Notes under the pieces: generated by a model
What the model was told of the DNA's origin: nothing
The model's database searches: none
The model's input: the letters and a program-made list of their open reading frames with translations, nothing else
Program-made: the position numbers and the translations under genes
Assembly (NCBI RefSeq): GCF_006345805.1
Contig: NC_043001.1
Coordinates: 91,450,001-91,514,000, forward strand
Direction: 5' to 3'
DNA length: 64,000 nucleotides
Origin: Octopus sinensis
Taxonomy: Eukaryota
Shown: positions 25,926 through 37,898 of the stretch, piece after piece
Layout of the letters: each line of letters begins with the position of its first letter
How positions within the stretch are numbered: position 1 is the stretch's first letter

Positions 25926-26130
25926 TGACCTCGTGAGTTCCGCCTGCGATTTTTTCCTCTGTCTTCCCTTCTCGGGATCTTTCCTTCTCCTATGTTTCCG
26001 ACGAAGAGCTCCGCTCGAAACGTTAAACCCTCCTTCTTCCCTTCTTTCCTGAGCGTCCAATAATACTTTATTTGTTCCACGTCCTCGCGTTGCTGTGTTT
26101 TTTTTTGTGTTCTCTTGTTTGGATTAAATT
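25926..26130 (+). mobile_element. Penelope-like terminal repeat / retrozyme-like element with hammerhead motif (second copy about 51390-51590, minus strand)
   Basis: GCGATTTTTTCCTC.GT.TTCCCTTC...GATCTTTCC...GA.GAAGAG.TCCGCTCGAAACGTTAA...TCCAATA..ACT.TA.TT..T.CACGTCCTCGC.TTG is shared between the two loci; no ORF. Confidence 0.7.
25994..26028 (+). ncRNA. Minimal type I hammerhead ribozyme motif, core variant (CCGACGA)
   Basis: Stem I GTTT/AAAC, core C(C)GACGA plus extra A, stem II GAGC-TCC-GCTC, GAAA, palindromic ACGT stem III, GUU triplet. Confidence 0.55.
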
Positions 26131-26135
26131 TATAC

Positions 26136-26179
<44 letters not shown>

Positions 26180-26481
26180 TATATATTATATATATATATA
26201 TATACTGTATTCTATTAAAATGGTGTATTTATTTAAGAAAGGCTACCTTATATTCAAGTTTTTTTGTGTGTATGTGTGTACTGTAATAGCCATTATCATG
26301 TGTATGAGTATTTATAGAGTGCGTTAGTGTTTTGTGTTTAAATGTAGTCCATGCTCTAACTGTTTTCATGACGACATTCCATATATCTCTAATACTGATA
26401 TATACTGCGAACACGCGCGCACATAGATACACACGCAGGCACATACACACAAACACACACATGCGCGCTCATACATACGCC

Positions 26482-26527
<46 letters not shown>

Positions 26528-27350
26528 CTTATAATTCCTGGCTTGTTGAAATTAGACAGAGCGGACGTCGATATTATCCACTTTAAGCAAGAGGGTTGTG
26601 CCCCAGAATGGCCAAAAACCAGTAACTGAAACCAGGCAATCAATAAAAGAAATTATATACACATAGACAGATGTACCCTCTGCCTTACACCCCCCACACA
26701 CACACACGCGCGCACACACGTCTTTATGTATACATACCTGTATCAAAAGACCATTTCCTGTTTTGATTAAATCGTAATAGAATTACCAGATCATGTTTTG
26801 GTTTCATTTATCATGATGCGCTAACGGATTAAGATCATATTTGTTTATCAAATTTTTATGTTAGACATTGTACACAATGTGCGATATATATATATATATA
26901 TCTATATATATATACGCACATATGTGTACATGTATGTGTACATACATATAAATGTATGTTATATGTATATATATATATATATATAATTATAATTATATAT
27001 ATATGTAATATAATACATATACATACTTTAAATATATATATATTATATATATACATATACATACTTTATATATATATATTATATATATATACCTATATAT
27101 ATATATATATATATACCGTTTGTTTGTATTATATGTATGTGATATATACACACATATCTACATACATACATATATACATATGCACACCCCACACACACAC
27201 GTATATTATATACTTATATATAGTATATATATATATGTATTTCATATATATATATACACACAACACACATATATATATATATATATATATATGCATGTAC
27301 GCATATTCATGTTTGTATATATATATATATATAATTTATATATATGGATA

Positions 27351-28199
27351 CGTAGTCGGATCAATAAGAGTCCGGACTGTTACCATAGTAACGAAGCTAG
27401 AGCACGCTGAATGAAGCTGCTTGGAATGGGTTGACCTTCAACTCTACCGTGCATGCGCACTAACTTTTAACGGTCTCTCTCACTTCTGCTGATTACAGCA
27501 GTGCCTCGAAGTAACGTGTGTAGCGTGCGCTCGTCGCATTAACAGGGAAAGTTGAGCAGGGAATTTGCATCAAATTTTGCCAAAAGCTTGGGGATACTTG
27601 CTCAGAGGCTGATGCAAAGTTTCAAAAAAGTTTCCATCGTTCCCGACACAATCAAGGAAACCCGAGTGTCTTTTTGGTCAGCTGAAAGCAATGGTACAAA
27701 CTTGGCAGACACGCGTCTCATACCCAAATCTTCAGTGATAATGGACTGAACTGAACCGTAACTAATCAGCACATCTCCTGATAACTCACGGATGGTGATT
27801 CAACGATTTACCCTCAAATCTGTGATGTGTTTCTCAGTTCTACTGGTCGCGGGTCTCCCAGAACGCTCGTCAGTTTTTCGGTCATCTTGGAAACATCTGA
27901 ACCACTCGTACACTTGTATGCGGCTCATACTCTCCACTGCATAAACTTTCTGCAACTTTGTGTAGGTCTCTAAGCAGGCATCGCCATGACAACTTTCTCT
28001 GTCTTGGTCAATGCGACGGTCACACTCTACACATCTTCGTTCCAAGCACTGCTGTAAACAACAAAAGTGAGTTAGAACGTTAAAACTTAATTCGCATGCA
28101 CAGCAGAATTCAAGGTCAGTCTTTGTCAAGCGGTTTCACTCTGCGTGCTTTAGCTTCGTTACTATGGCAACAGTCTGGATACTTATTGCTCAGACCTCA
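27351..28199. mobile_element. Two mariner 5' portions in converging (fold-back) orientation
   Basis: Plus strand 27351-27633: TIR, 5' UTR and KVEQGICIKFCQKLG. Minus strand 28199-27615: TIR and ETYTKLQKVY..MSRIQVYEWFRCF..ERSGRP..SAKFVP. Confidence 0.8.
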
Positions 28200-28314
28200 G
28201 ACCTCATTCCGCCAAGGGCAGAAATCACGTGCTTTCGTGTGCAAATTTGTGTGTTTTTTTACTATAGATAAATGAAAGAATGTAGTCGAACGACGATTGA
28301 CAAAATTCCTTTAT

Positions 28315-28397
28315 TCTCGACACATGTTTTCGAAGACTGCATATTCTTAATTCCGAAGGAATAAAGGGTGCATTATGCCCGTCTTCTCATCAGGAAA
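28315..28397 (-). ncRNA. Type I hammerhead ribozyme motif in a Penelope-like terminal repeat (about 28230-28430)
   Basis: Stem I TTTC/GAGA, CTGATGA, stem II GAAGAC/GTCTTC extended by GCATA/TATGC, GAAAACATGTGTC (GUC triplet), then AATAAA. Confidence 0.7.
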
Positions 28398-28790
28398 GCC
28401 AAGGAACTTATGTCAGCATCATGACGAACAAACTTTTTAGATGACTGCCCACACGGAGTCCAGTGATAATATATATATATATAATATATATATTATATAT
28501 ATATTTTACATATATAAACCGTATATATTATATATATATATATATGGATATATATATGTATATGGATATATATATAATATATATATATATATATACATAT
28601 ATATATCCTATACATATATATATATATATATATTATAATTATATATATATCTATATAATATACGGTTTATATATGTAAATTATATATATTTAATACATAT
28701 GCATATTTACATATACACACTATATATATGTACATTATATATATATATATATATATAACGTATACCACGCACACACACACACACACATAG

Positions 28791-28824
<34 letters not shown>

Positions 28825-28830
28825 TATATA

Positions 28831-29215
28831 CAGTGCAGGACAAAATAACGGAAACGCCTTAAATTTTCAAACAAATTCATTTTTAATATGGGTTAGAACC
28901 GCCTTTGGCAGTAATTTCAACTTGAATTCTACGAGGTATGGACTCGTACAAAATTCGAATTGTTTCCGAAGGAATTCTTGTCCATTCTTCAACTAAAACA
29001 ATCTCCAGTTCTTGCAGTGATTATGGTGGAGGATATCAACTCCCTACTTTTTTTTCTAAAATGCACCATAAATATTCAATAATATTGAGATCTGGGGACT
29101 TATCTGGTGGCCAGATAAGACGTTCAACTTCACTAGAATTTTCCTCGTGCCTTCAGTAGCAAACTTAGCTGTTTGAATTGGTGTATTATCATCCCGAAAG
29201 ATCGCTTTTCCTTCC
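28831..29215 (-). mobile_element. Tc1-like 3' fragment, same family as 32977-34137
   Basis: TIR CAGTGCAGGACAAAATAACGGAAACGCC after TA; encodes the C-terminal EEWTRIPSET...LYESIPRRIQ region. Confidence 0.75.
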
Positions 29216-29399
29216 ATATTATATTCACTATCAGATTAGTGTAGATTACAATCAGAGATTGAGAAGATTGGTAATCAAGTAATAATCGATAGATTTTCAG
29301 CCGTGATCATTCCGTATTTTCATTTATTTTCTCAATGCAATTTTTTTCTTTTTTTTTTCTGTATTTAAGATAGCATCATATGATTTTAGGAAGATTTGA

Positions 29400-30172
29400 A
29401 TAGGCTGTCTAGTTCGGGTTCGTACATTTACTGTACAAGGTGAAACCTTCCTCACGTTACATAAAACGAATATCATACGCGTTATAGTTAACAAGCTCAC
29501 CATCTGTGATTTCTGATAGTGTGAGGCGGCCACATAACATTTTCGATGCAACTTGCAGAAAAGAAACCTCTTAATTAATGCACAATCTAGATGAGTCAAT
29601 CAGGGAGTAAAAATAAGAAGGGAGCAGTTGTTCATTAACGTTCACACGTCATTGAGTCTGGTCATTGGTCAGTTAATGATGAGCTTCTCAACAGCGTGTG
29701 TTCACAAGACCGAGCTTATGGATAAGTTGGTTGATAGTGCATTGTGAAGGACAAAGTTCTGTCGACAGTGTATACTTTTGTCTTTAACCATTTCAAAGCC
29801 TCCTCTCCCTGACCTTGGTTTGACTTCGAAGCTGGTATCATCTTCCTTGAAACATCAGAACTAGTTTTGTGTCACACGTTCATTGACAGTTTCTGGGCCT
29901 TCCACACTATTAATTTCTTTTGCCGCTACCATCGCACTCAGTTCTTTTCTCCACAGGCAGCGTAAAATTTGTCCAACTGCAATTTTTTCACCACTCATTA
30001 TCAAAGCTGTAAAATAAAGAGTAACCAATTAATGTTAATATGTTTTATATAAAAAAAAATAAAGAATAAACAATTTAGCAACATTTGGCAACAATGACAT
30101 ATCAAATTAATGACATATCAAATTAATATCAAATTACAGTGAAAATCTGTAAAAACTTTTGGCTCAACCTGG
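29400..30172 (-). mobile_element. Decayed mariner (Mos1/Hsmar1-like) 5' portion
   Basis: TIR TA|CCAGGTTGAGCCAAAAGTTTT; broken frames AAKEINSVEGPETVNERVTQN*F*CFKE...KPRSGR. Confidence 0.7.
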
Positions 30173-30186
30173 TATCTGTCTTAAAA

Positions 30187-30420
30187 GGCGGCGAACTGGC
30201 AGAAACGTTAGCGCGCCGGGCGAAATGCTTAGCAGTATTTCGTCTGCCGTTACGTTCTGAGTTCAAATTCCGCCGAGATCGACTAAGCCTTTCATCCTTT
30301 CGAGATCGATAAATTAAGTACCAGTTACGCACTGGGGTCGATGTAATCGACTTAATCCCTTTGTCTGTCCTTGTTTGTCCTCTCTGTGTTTAGCCCCTTG
30401 TGGGTAATAAAAAAATAGGT
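30187..30420 (+). mobile_element. SINE family B, full length
   Basis: Near-consensus head, body and tail. Confidence 0.9.
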
Positions 30421-31205
30421 ATCTTTCTTAACTATCCGCCACGTTCTATATCCTCTTTTCTCCTACACTTCTCTTTCTGTCTCTCTGTTACTAACTCACT
30501 CACACTCTCTGTATGTCTGTCTGTCTGTCTTTCTCTCTCTCTCGGGAATCATCAATGCAAGTCTCATTTCTCACGATACAATGAATACTCAAAAGAAGAA
30601 ACATCCCAGTTAGTATGTACATTCTCACGGAAACCACACCATATTTTTGTTTCCTTGTATAAAAAAATAAATGATAAAAACAATATGAGTGGTTGAAGAG
30701 ATTGCAAAAAAAAAAATACCTAAATAGTATTCTGAATGCTCCGGAAGTGCGTTTGAACTCTGGAAATCCCTACGTACGAAAACTTCGAAACACTTGAAAT
30801 TTTAAAATGTACATTCCTTTGGGTATTTTCTGTTGGGCAGGAATTTTTGACATAGATTGAGGAAGGAAAGAGAGAGGAAATTAATTTTATTTAAAAGTGA
30901 TTACGAACAGTTCAGGTGGGTGGAAGATTCTCACGAACATTTCAAGCGTGTGTAAAAATATAATAATTCCTATTTGCCGTATCTTTCATATACACACTTG
31001 ACCTCTTGGAACGTTCTTTATATTTTCTATACTTTATACTTTCTGTAATATCTGTGAGAGAATGTCCAGCTTGAGGAAAGACACTGATAGAATATAGAAA
31101 CATTTTTGAAATAATCCTCTCTACTATAGGTTCATTGCCCGAAACCTTGGGGGAAGGAGAGGGGACTGTCAATTACGTTGATCCCAATTCTTAACTGGTA
31201 CTTAT

Positions 31206-31443
31206 GTGTGTGGGCAATTCGTCGACAGACAATTCGCCGACAGACAATTCGCTGACAGACAATTCCCACACAGCCTCAGACTCAACACGGAGGCCAACAT
31301 CAAGTGCCAAGAGGAGGTTGTGCTACCTGGGGTCAAGAGGGTGTTTGCTGGAATACTCTATGTCTGGACACCAGGACTCTGCACCATACGACACAATTGT
31401 CCTGTCTGTCGGCCAATTATCTGTCGACGAATTGTCCGCCTAC
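31206..31443. mobile_element. Mutator-type MITE (238 bp, 10-bp TSD) inserted in a family B SINE and carrying a mariner transposase fragment
   Basis: TSD TGGTACTTAT at 31196-31205 and 31444-31453; TIR CAATTCGTCGACAGA with 15-bp subrepeats; internal LRLNTEANIKCQEEVVLPGVKRVFAGILYVW. Confidence 0.8.
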
Positions 31444-32976
31444 TGGTACTTATTTTATCAACTCCGAGAGGATGGAAGGCATTTGAACTCAGATTATAAA
31501 ACCAGAAGAAATGCTGCTAAGCATTTTGTCCAACGTGCTAACAACGTGCCAGCCTGCCGCTTTACATATTTGAATATATAGCTATGATGTCTCATACATA
31601 ATATAGATAGATCGTGAACATCTAATTTACGGCGGTATTCATCCGGACAAATGGATGTGCTGTGATTAAAAACATTATATAACCGATGAGATGATAAAAG
31701 ACCAGCAGATAGATCACCACCAACGTTTCCCTTAAGTTCCTGAACTGAGGCTTTCCCCAATTCACTTAGCACAAAATTGTTGATTCAGCCTCAATTAGCC
31801 CTGATTAGGCAAACCTATGATCAAAAGCATTGTAATTATGATCATCATTTTTTTTTTCTTCTCACACATACTGCATCTAGCACTACATTATCCAATATGT
31901 GTATGTTTTGGTTTTAGATGATAAAGAGTGATTTACAGGAGATTCGGTTACCATTCATAGCAGGTCGACCAACTCTGTATAGGCTTTCTTGAGGAAGTAG
32001 TTGCCGCATACTGTACAGTTCACTGTAAGCAGTAAAATATTATAACACGAATTAATTAATTTACTTGTGGTTTACAAAATATATTTATATTAAAGCATTT
32101 CGTTTCATCCTAACGTCAGTATAAGGACAATGACGCATTTGTTAATGAAATACTTGCCTTTACAAACTCCACTTTTCGTCCTTATTTCTCTCAATTAATC
32201 TTCTTCGTCAGTCTTTGTGAACAGCAAATCCTAAAGCTTACTTCCCTACGGATAAAAAAAAAGTTGGAGAAACTATAAATCATTCGTTTCCTCATAAATC
32301 TCTTCATAACGCACATTCTTTTCTACTCTAGGCACAAGGCCCGAAATTTTGGGGGAGAGGGCCAGTCGATTAGATCGACCCCAGTACGCAACTGGTACTT
32401 AATTTATCGACCCCGAAAGGATGAAAGGAATTTGAACGCAGAACGTAAAGACAGACGAAATACCTATTTCTTTACTACCCACAAGGGGCTAAACACAGAA
32501 AGGACAAACAAAGACAGACAAAGACATCCCCGAAAGGATGAAAGGTAAAGTCGATCTCGGCGGAATTTGAACTCAGAACGTAACGGCAGGCGAAATACCG
32601 CAAAGCATTTCGCCCGGCGTGCTAACGTTTCTGCCAGTTCGCCGCCCTTATTCATAATGCATATTATTATAAAATATTTAGCAGAGGCACAAATCAGAAG
32701 AGGTACATGACGTTTACCCTGACAAAATTTAAAAGATTTTTCTTTATTTTATTTAACAAAGAAAGTAAAGAAACCCATGCTTTTTTGATCATTCAATGAC
32801 CTCATCATGCTCATTGCACAGCATAAAACTTGTATAACATTTTTTTATTGCTATCATTCGTTGTCAACCCGGAAGTGAAAGGCAAAAGGAAAGAAAGATT
32901 TCAACTTACTATTAATCTACTGCAATACAAAATGAAAGTTTGGGGTCGATAAAATATATGTATATTTGTATATGTA

Positions 32977-34137
32977 CAAGGGTTCGACAGAATAGGGGAA
33001 ACACCTAGCATTATAACATCATAATTTTGAAATATCTATAAAGCATCAAACATTTGTTTATTTTTATGTTTTTTTATTATTATTAGTGTTGCTTAATATG
33101 CTTTGCTAAAATTGATGTTTCTTTTCAGATGATATCATCACAAAAATGTAATTAAAATTCATTAAAATGACAGAGACATCGGACTTTCAACGATGTCAAA
33201 TTGTTGGTGCTCGTATGGCAGGCGCTAACATAAGGAAAACAGCCGAAATGTTTGGTGTATCAAGAAGTACTATCTTGAAAGTAATGACAGCCTTTGAGAA
33301 AGAGGGAAAAACCTCCACGGCGAAACAAAACTCTGCATAAAAACCAAAACATTCAGATAGGGACTATCGGACTCTTACACGAATTGTTAGAAAGGATCAC
33401 AAAAGTACAGCTCCCAAAATTACTGAAGAGCTTAATGACCACCTCGAGAACCCAGTTTTCACAAAATCTGTTCACCAGGAGCTGCACAATCAGAAAATCA
33501 CTACTTTCAAAAACAAACGTTGCAAAGCGTTTAGAGTGGAGCAAAACCTTACAGAATTGGTCCTTAGAGCAGTGGGAAAATGTTATTTTCTCGGACGAGT
33601 CATCCATTACCTTATTTCCAACCACCGGCTGAGTATACCCGTGGAGACAGTCAAAAGAAGCATTTGACCCAGACTGCCTTCTTCCAACTGTTAAACATGG
33701 AAGAGGAACTGTGATAATCTGAGTGCGGGCTATATCTTGGAAATCCGCCGGCAAAATGGTTTCCCTTCATGGCAGAATTAATAGTGATGACTATTTATGA
33801 ATTTTATCTGATTAAATTCATCCTATAATTGCGGAAATGTCTCTGGAGGGAAACGCAATCTTTCGGGATGATAATGCACCAATTCACACAGCTAAAATTG
33901 TTACTGAATAGCACAAGGAATATTCCAGTCCCTAGATCTCAATATTATTGAATGTTTATGGTGCATTTTAGAAAAATAAGCATCATCATTACATGAAATG
34001 GAGACTGTTTTAGCTGAAGAATGGACAAAAATTCCTTTGGAAACAGTTCAAACTTTGTACGAGTCCATACCTCGTAGATTTCAAGCTTAAATTTGTTTAA
34101 AATTTTAAGGTGTTTCCACTGTTTTGTCCAACCCCTG
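32977..34137 (+). mobile_element. Near full-length, inactivated Tc1-like transposon
   Basis: TA-flanked ~30-bp TIRs (CAAGGGTTCGACAGAATAGGGGAAACACC and its reverse complement CAGGGGTTGGACAAAACAGTGGAAACACC); ATG at 33167; motifs VIFSDES, TVKHG, IFRDDNAPIH, DLNIIECLW; stops and frameshifts. Confidence 0.9.
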
Positions 34138-34189
34138 TATATATGTGTATATATGTATTAAGTTTTGTTTTTATATATTCATATGTATG

Positions 34190-34223
<34 letters not shown>

Positions 34224-34310
34224 TGTATGTATGTATGTATGTATGTATGTATGTATGTATGTATGTATGTATGCATGCATGTATGTATGTATTATACATG
34301 TAAATATATG

Positions 34311-34349
<39 letters not shown>

Positions 34350-34453
34350 CACGCACACACACACTCATGCACACACACGCACTCATGCACACACTCATGC
34401 ACACACGCACACACACACACACACACACACACCACACATATCTTCTATTATGC

Positions 34454-34870
34454 GTTTCAGCCCAAATACTGTGGCCAAGCTGGGGCATCGCCAGTATTAT
34501 CACCTTTCAATGGTCATTCTTCTGTGATTGGCTTTCGATGAAACATGAGTGCAATATTGCTGGCCTTTTTGAGTTACTTTCCCGTGACGTAGGTGCATGT
34601 GGGACCTTGGACAGTAGGAGATCAAGTTATCATCCATCCCTTCTCCATGTAGATCTCCCAGATGTTTTGGCAAGATATTATATAGTTATGGGTCTTTGAA
34701 TCTCAAGATATTACAGTACATGATTCTCATTCTAGACGGAGTAGGTGGCACCTTTGGAACAATGCAGTGACATCCTGTTCGGGGGCTGGTATAGCTCTCG
34801 ATACCAAAGTTTGGTGCCAGCCCCTCTAGGATCTTCCATATGTATATCATTGCATATCCGCGGACTATCG
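34454..34870 (-). pseudogene. CR1-like LINE 3' end
   Basis: YAMIYIWKILEGLAPNFGIESYTSPRTGCHCIVPKVP, continuing to a 3' tail GGCGATGCCCCAGCTTGGCCACAG...CTGAAAC. Confidence 0.8.
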
Positions 34871-34879
34871 CGGATGCTA

Positions 34880-35077
34880 CGTTCCAAAACACCACCAAGA
34901 GAGGTGAAAATCCGCGAAGTAGAAACAGTATTGTACTGTATACTTTATTATTATTATTTTTATGATTTGTATAGATATTTTTTTATTATAAATGCAAAAT
35001 AACATCACGGAGCAATCGACGTAAGCTTAAATAATATAACAGCGATAGGTTAACCGCGATATGGCGAGGGATTACTG
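34880..35077. mobile_element. pogo/Tigger-like MITE end
   Basis: Right end ATCGCGGTT...: minus strand TA|CAGTAATCCCTCGCCATATCGCGG is a Tigger-type TIR; the left end is unclear. Confidence 0.4.
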
Positions 35078-35949
35078 TATATCTATTATTAGCGCTCACC
35101 TTACATAAAGATATTAATTTTGATATTTAGTGTGTGTGGGGTGAGGTCATTTTGGGGATTTTCCTTAAGAAATATATTAGGTTTTACTTTCATTTCTTTT
35201 ATAATCTATTTCCGTCATACCTGATTTAAAAATTTTTTTGCTTTCATTTCTTTGGCATTTTACTTTCAGTTTTTCGGCATAATAATATGATATTTAATCG
35301 TACATAACTAAGTTAGCGTATAAACACCACTAAAATGCAACAACTTTGTAATAACCTAATGTTCCTGTTTTCATATGTGTGCATATAAAGATTTACATTT
35401 GTCAGTGAGGAAAATTATGTCCCGTTACTTATAGAAATCATTTCCGTAGTCCCGGCATTTCTACTTGAATCGGGAAAGGGTGATAGAGTTTTCTTTGTCT
35501 ACATCCTAAGGAGTAAATGTGTTTCGTAAGTCTCTCCTTAAACTCATTGGCTGATATACCTGAGTAATATCTCGTGATGCCATCGAATGGTGAGTGGATG
35601 ACTCTTTACACCAAAAACTTTCAGAGGGGATCCACTTAGCAGGTAGTTGATGAGATTTCAGTAAGTACATGTTGGAGAGTGGGATCGAGAGCGTGTTTGC
35701 TTCTGTTATAGCGAGATATATTGGAAGTGATAGTATCTGAGCATGAGCATAATCTTGACGTTATGGACATATGTGAAAGTACGTGTGTGGGCGTATGTGG
35801 GTACACAATACTTTCTTGGCAAGACCAATTTCACCTTCGTTGGCCCTTGCCTTTTGTGTGATCATTTCCCTTCTGTGTACTATCATTGCAGTCCCCCATC
35901 AAGCTTTCTACCATACAGCCATGTCCATCTATCTATCCACCTACCTACA

Positions 35950-36063
<114 letters not shown>

Positions 36064-36147
36064 ACTATCTATCGATCTATCTATCTATCTATCTGTCTGT
36101 CTATCTGCCTGACTGTCTGACTGTCTGTCTGTCTTTCTGTTTGTCTG

Positions 36148-36240
<93 letters not shown>

Positions 36241-36429
36241 ATATATATATATATATTATATATATATATATTATATATATATATATATTATATATATATA
36301 TATATATCTATATACATATGTGTGTGTATGTACACACAATTATGTGCTTCTATCTATCTATCTACTATCTATCTATCTATCTATCTATCCATCTATCTAT
36401 TTATGTATGTATGTTTGTATGTATGTTTG

Positions 36430-36650
36430 TATAGAGGTTGTTCGAGCTAAAATTTACAGTATGCGTATATGGAAGCAATATCTAATTCCAAAATAAAAGT
36501 ATTTAAAAATATCATAAAATACCGACTAGAATATGGCTGGGAAATAAAAGTTTACTCAAAGCAGCCGCCCTCCGCTTCCACTACGGCCTCAACGCCTTCT
36601 TGATCTTGGCCATCGGATCTGTCTTGGTGTTGCTGGCAGAGCTGTTGGTG
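36430..36650 (-). mobile_element. Mariner/maT-like (DD37D-type) 3' fragment
   Basis: Minus strand ...MAKIK...EAVVEAEGG C-terminus followed by a TIR-like end near 36430. Confidence 0.5.
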
Positions 36651-36929
36651 TCTTTTTCATGATAATTATTATGGGAACACATATTTTATTGAACGATATC
36701 TGACACTTGATTCTAAGTAATTTCGGTTTGCTGAATATGAATTTCAACTCGGTTTGGTTTTATCAGGTGCTGATTTAAACTACTGTAAAATTTACATTAT
36801 AACTATAGAATTGACTTAAAATTAATAAAAAAAAATAGATATGAAACATTAACTCTAACAAAAATGTTCATTTAAAAGATTTTCTAGCGTATTTGCTTGT
36901 TGATGGCAGGTTTCTTTTCAAACAACAAC

Positions 36930-37720
36930 AGTAATCAGCCATCATGTGGGAATCCAAGCGTCCTTGGTACTGTTCCTCCATAATTTTGATATCTTGGTGG
37001 AATCACTCCCATTGTTCGTAACTTACAGCACTTAAATTAGTTGGAAATTGGTCAAGATGGCTATTTAAAAAATACTCCTTTACGCTCATATTGTAGCCTA
37101 ACTCTTTGTAGTCCCTTAAAAGATTTTAAAAAAATAATTTCTTCGTAGTTATCTGCCCTATAATTGCTTAAAGGTTTTTCTAAGAAGTCTACGAATAAAA
37201 AACAGGTATTATTTTTTTCGCGTTCATTCATGAAGTTAGGAAAATCACAGTCTTAATTAATGTTCTTGTTTGTAGACTGTCGAAAATTTCCGCCTTCATT
37301 CTTTCATAACTTAAAATTTAGAAATTTTGCAGTTATGTATTTGAAATACTCGCCGTTCGTATCTAAAACTTATGCATATTGTTTAATGCGGCCTAGTGTG
37401 ATATGCGGAGGAGGAAATATGATATTATCACTGATCACTAAATGTGGGTTAATTACATTTTTTCCTCCGACAGTAAGTGATGTTCGTGCTGGCCAGGCAT
37501 GTTTGAAATAATGTTCTTCCTTGGCTGACGGCACACAAGGTAGGCGAGGTGACAAGTATATAACAAAGATAATAGATTTCAAAGATGACCTCTCCTAAGT
37601 TTGCAAATTCAGTACTACCTCTGCGAGGTTTACTCCATTTCGGAAATCAAAAGTTTCAGGAAAAATAGTATCGCAAAAGAAAATTATGAATTCAACGACA
37701 CTCTCCACTAAATTTCTGAC
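36930..37720 (-). pseudogene. CMC/Chapaev-like DDE transposase remnant
   Basis: HYFKHAWPARTSLTVGGKNVIN..IIFPPPHITLG; YKELGYNMSVK..SHLDQFPTNLSAVSYEQWE*FHQDIKIMEEQYQG. The superfamily assignment is from recall of the SDExGERFHQDI motif. Confidence 0.6.
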
Positions 37721-37898
37721 TATTTTCACTTTTCAAAATAACCAGGGAAATTCCATGTTTAGTGTAATTAATATAGGCTATTAAGTAGTAAGCACATTTA
37801 CGCCTGACCTATTTCACATATGTAGAACAGGATCAAGGGAAGTGTGTCTATGTCAGAAACGCACATGCACACATATGCATATGCATATACATATGCAT

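Noticed and set aside
31214-31265. Short direct repeats (GACAGACAATTCGC x3) as a CRISPR-like array
   Set aside because: 15-bp contiguous units without spacers, part of a MITE TIR, in a eukaryotic context.
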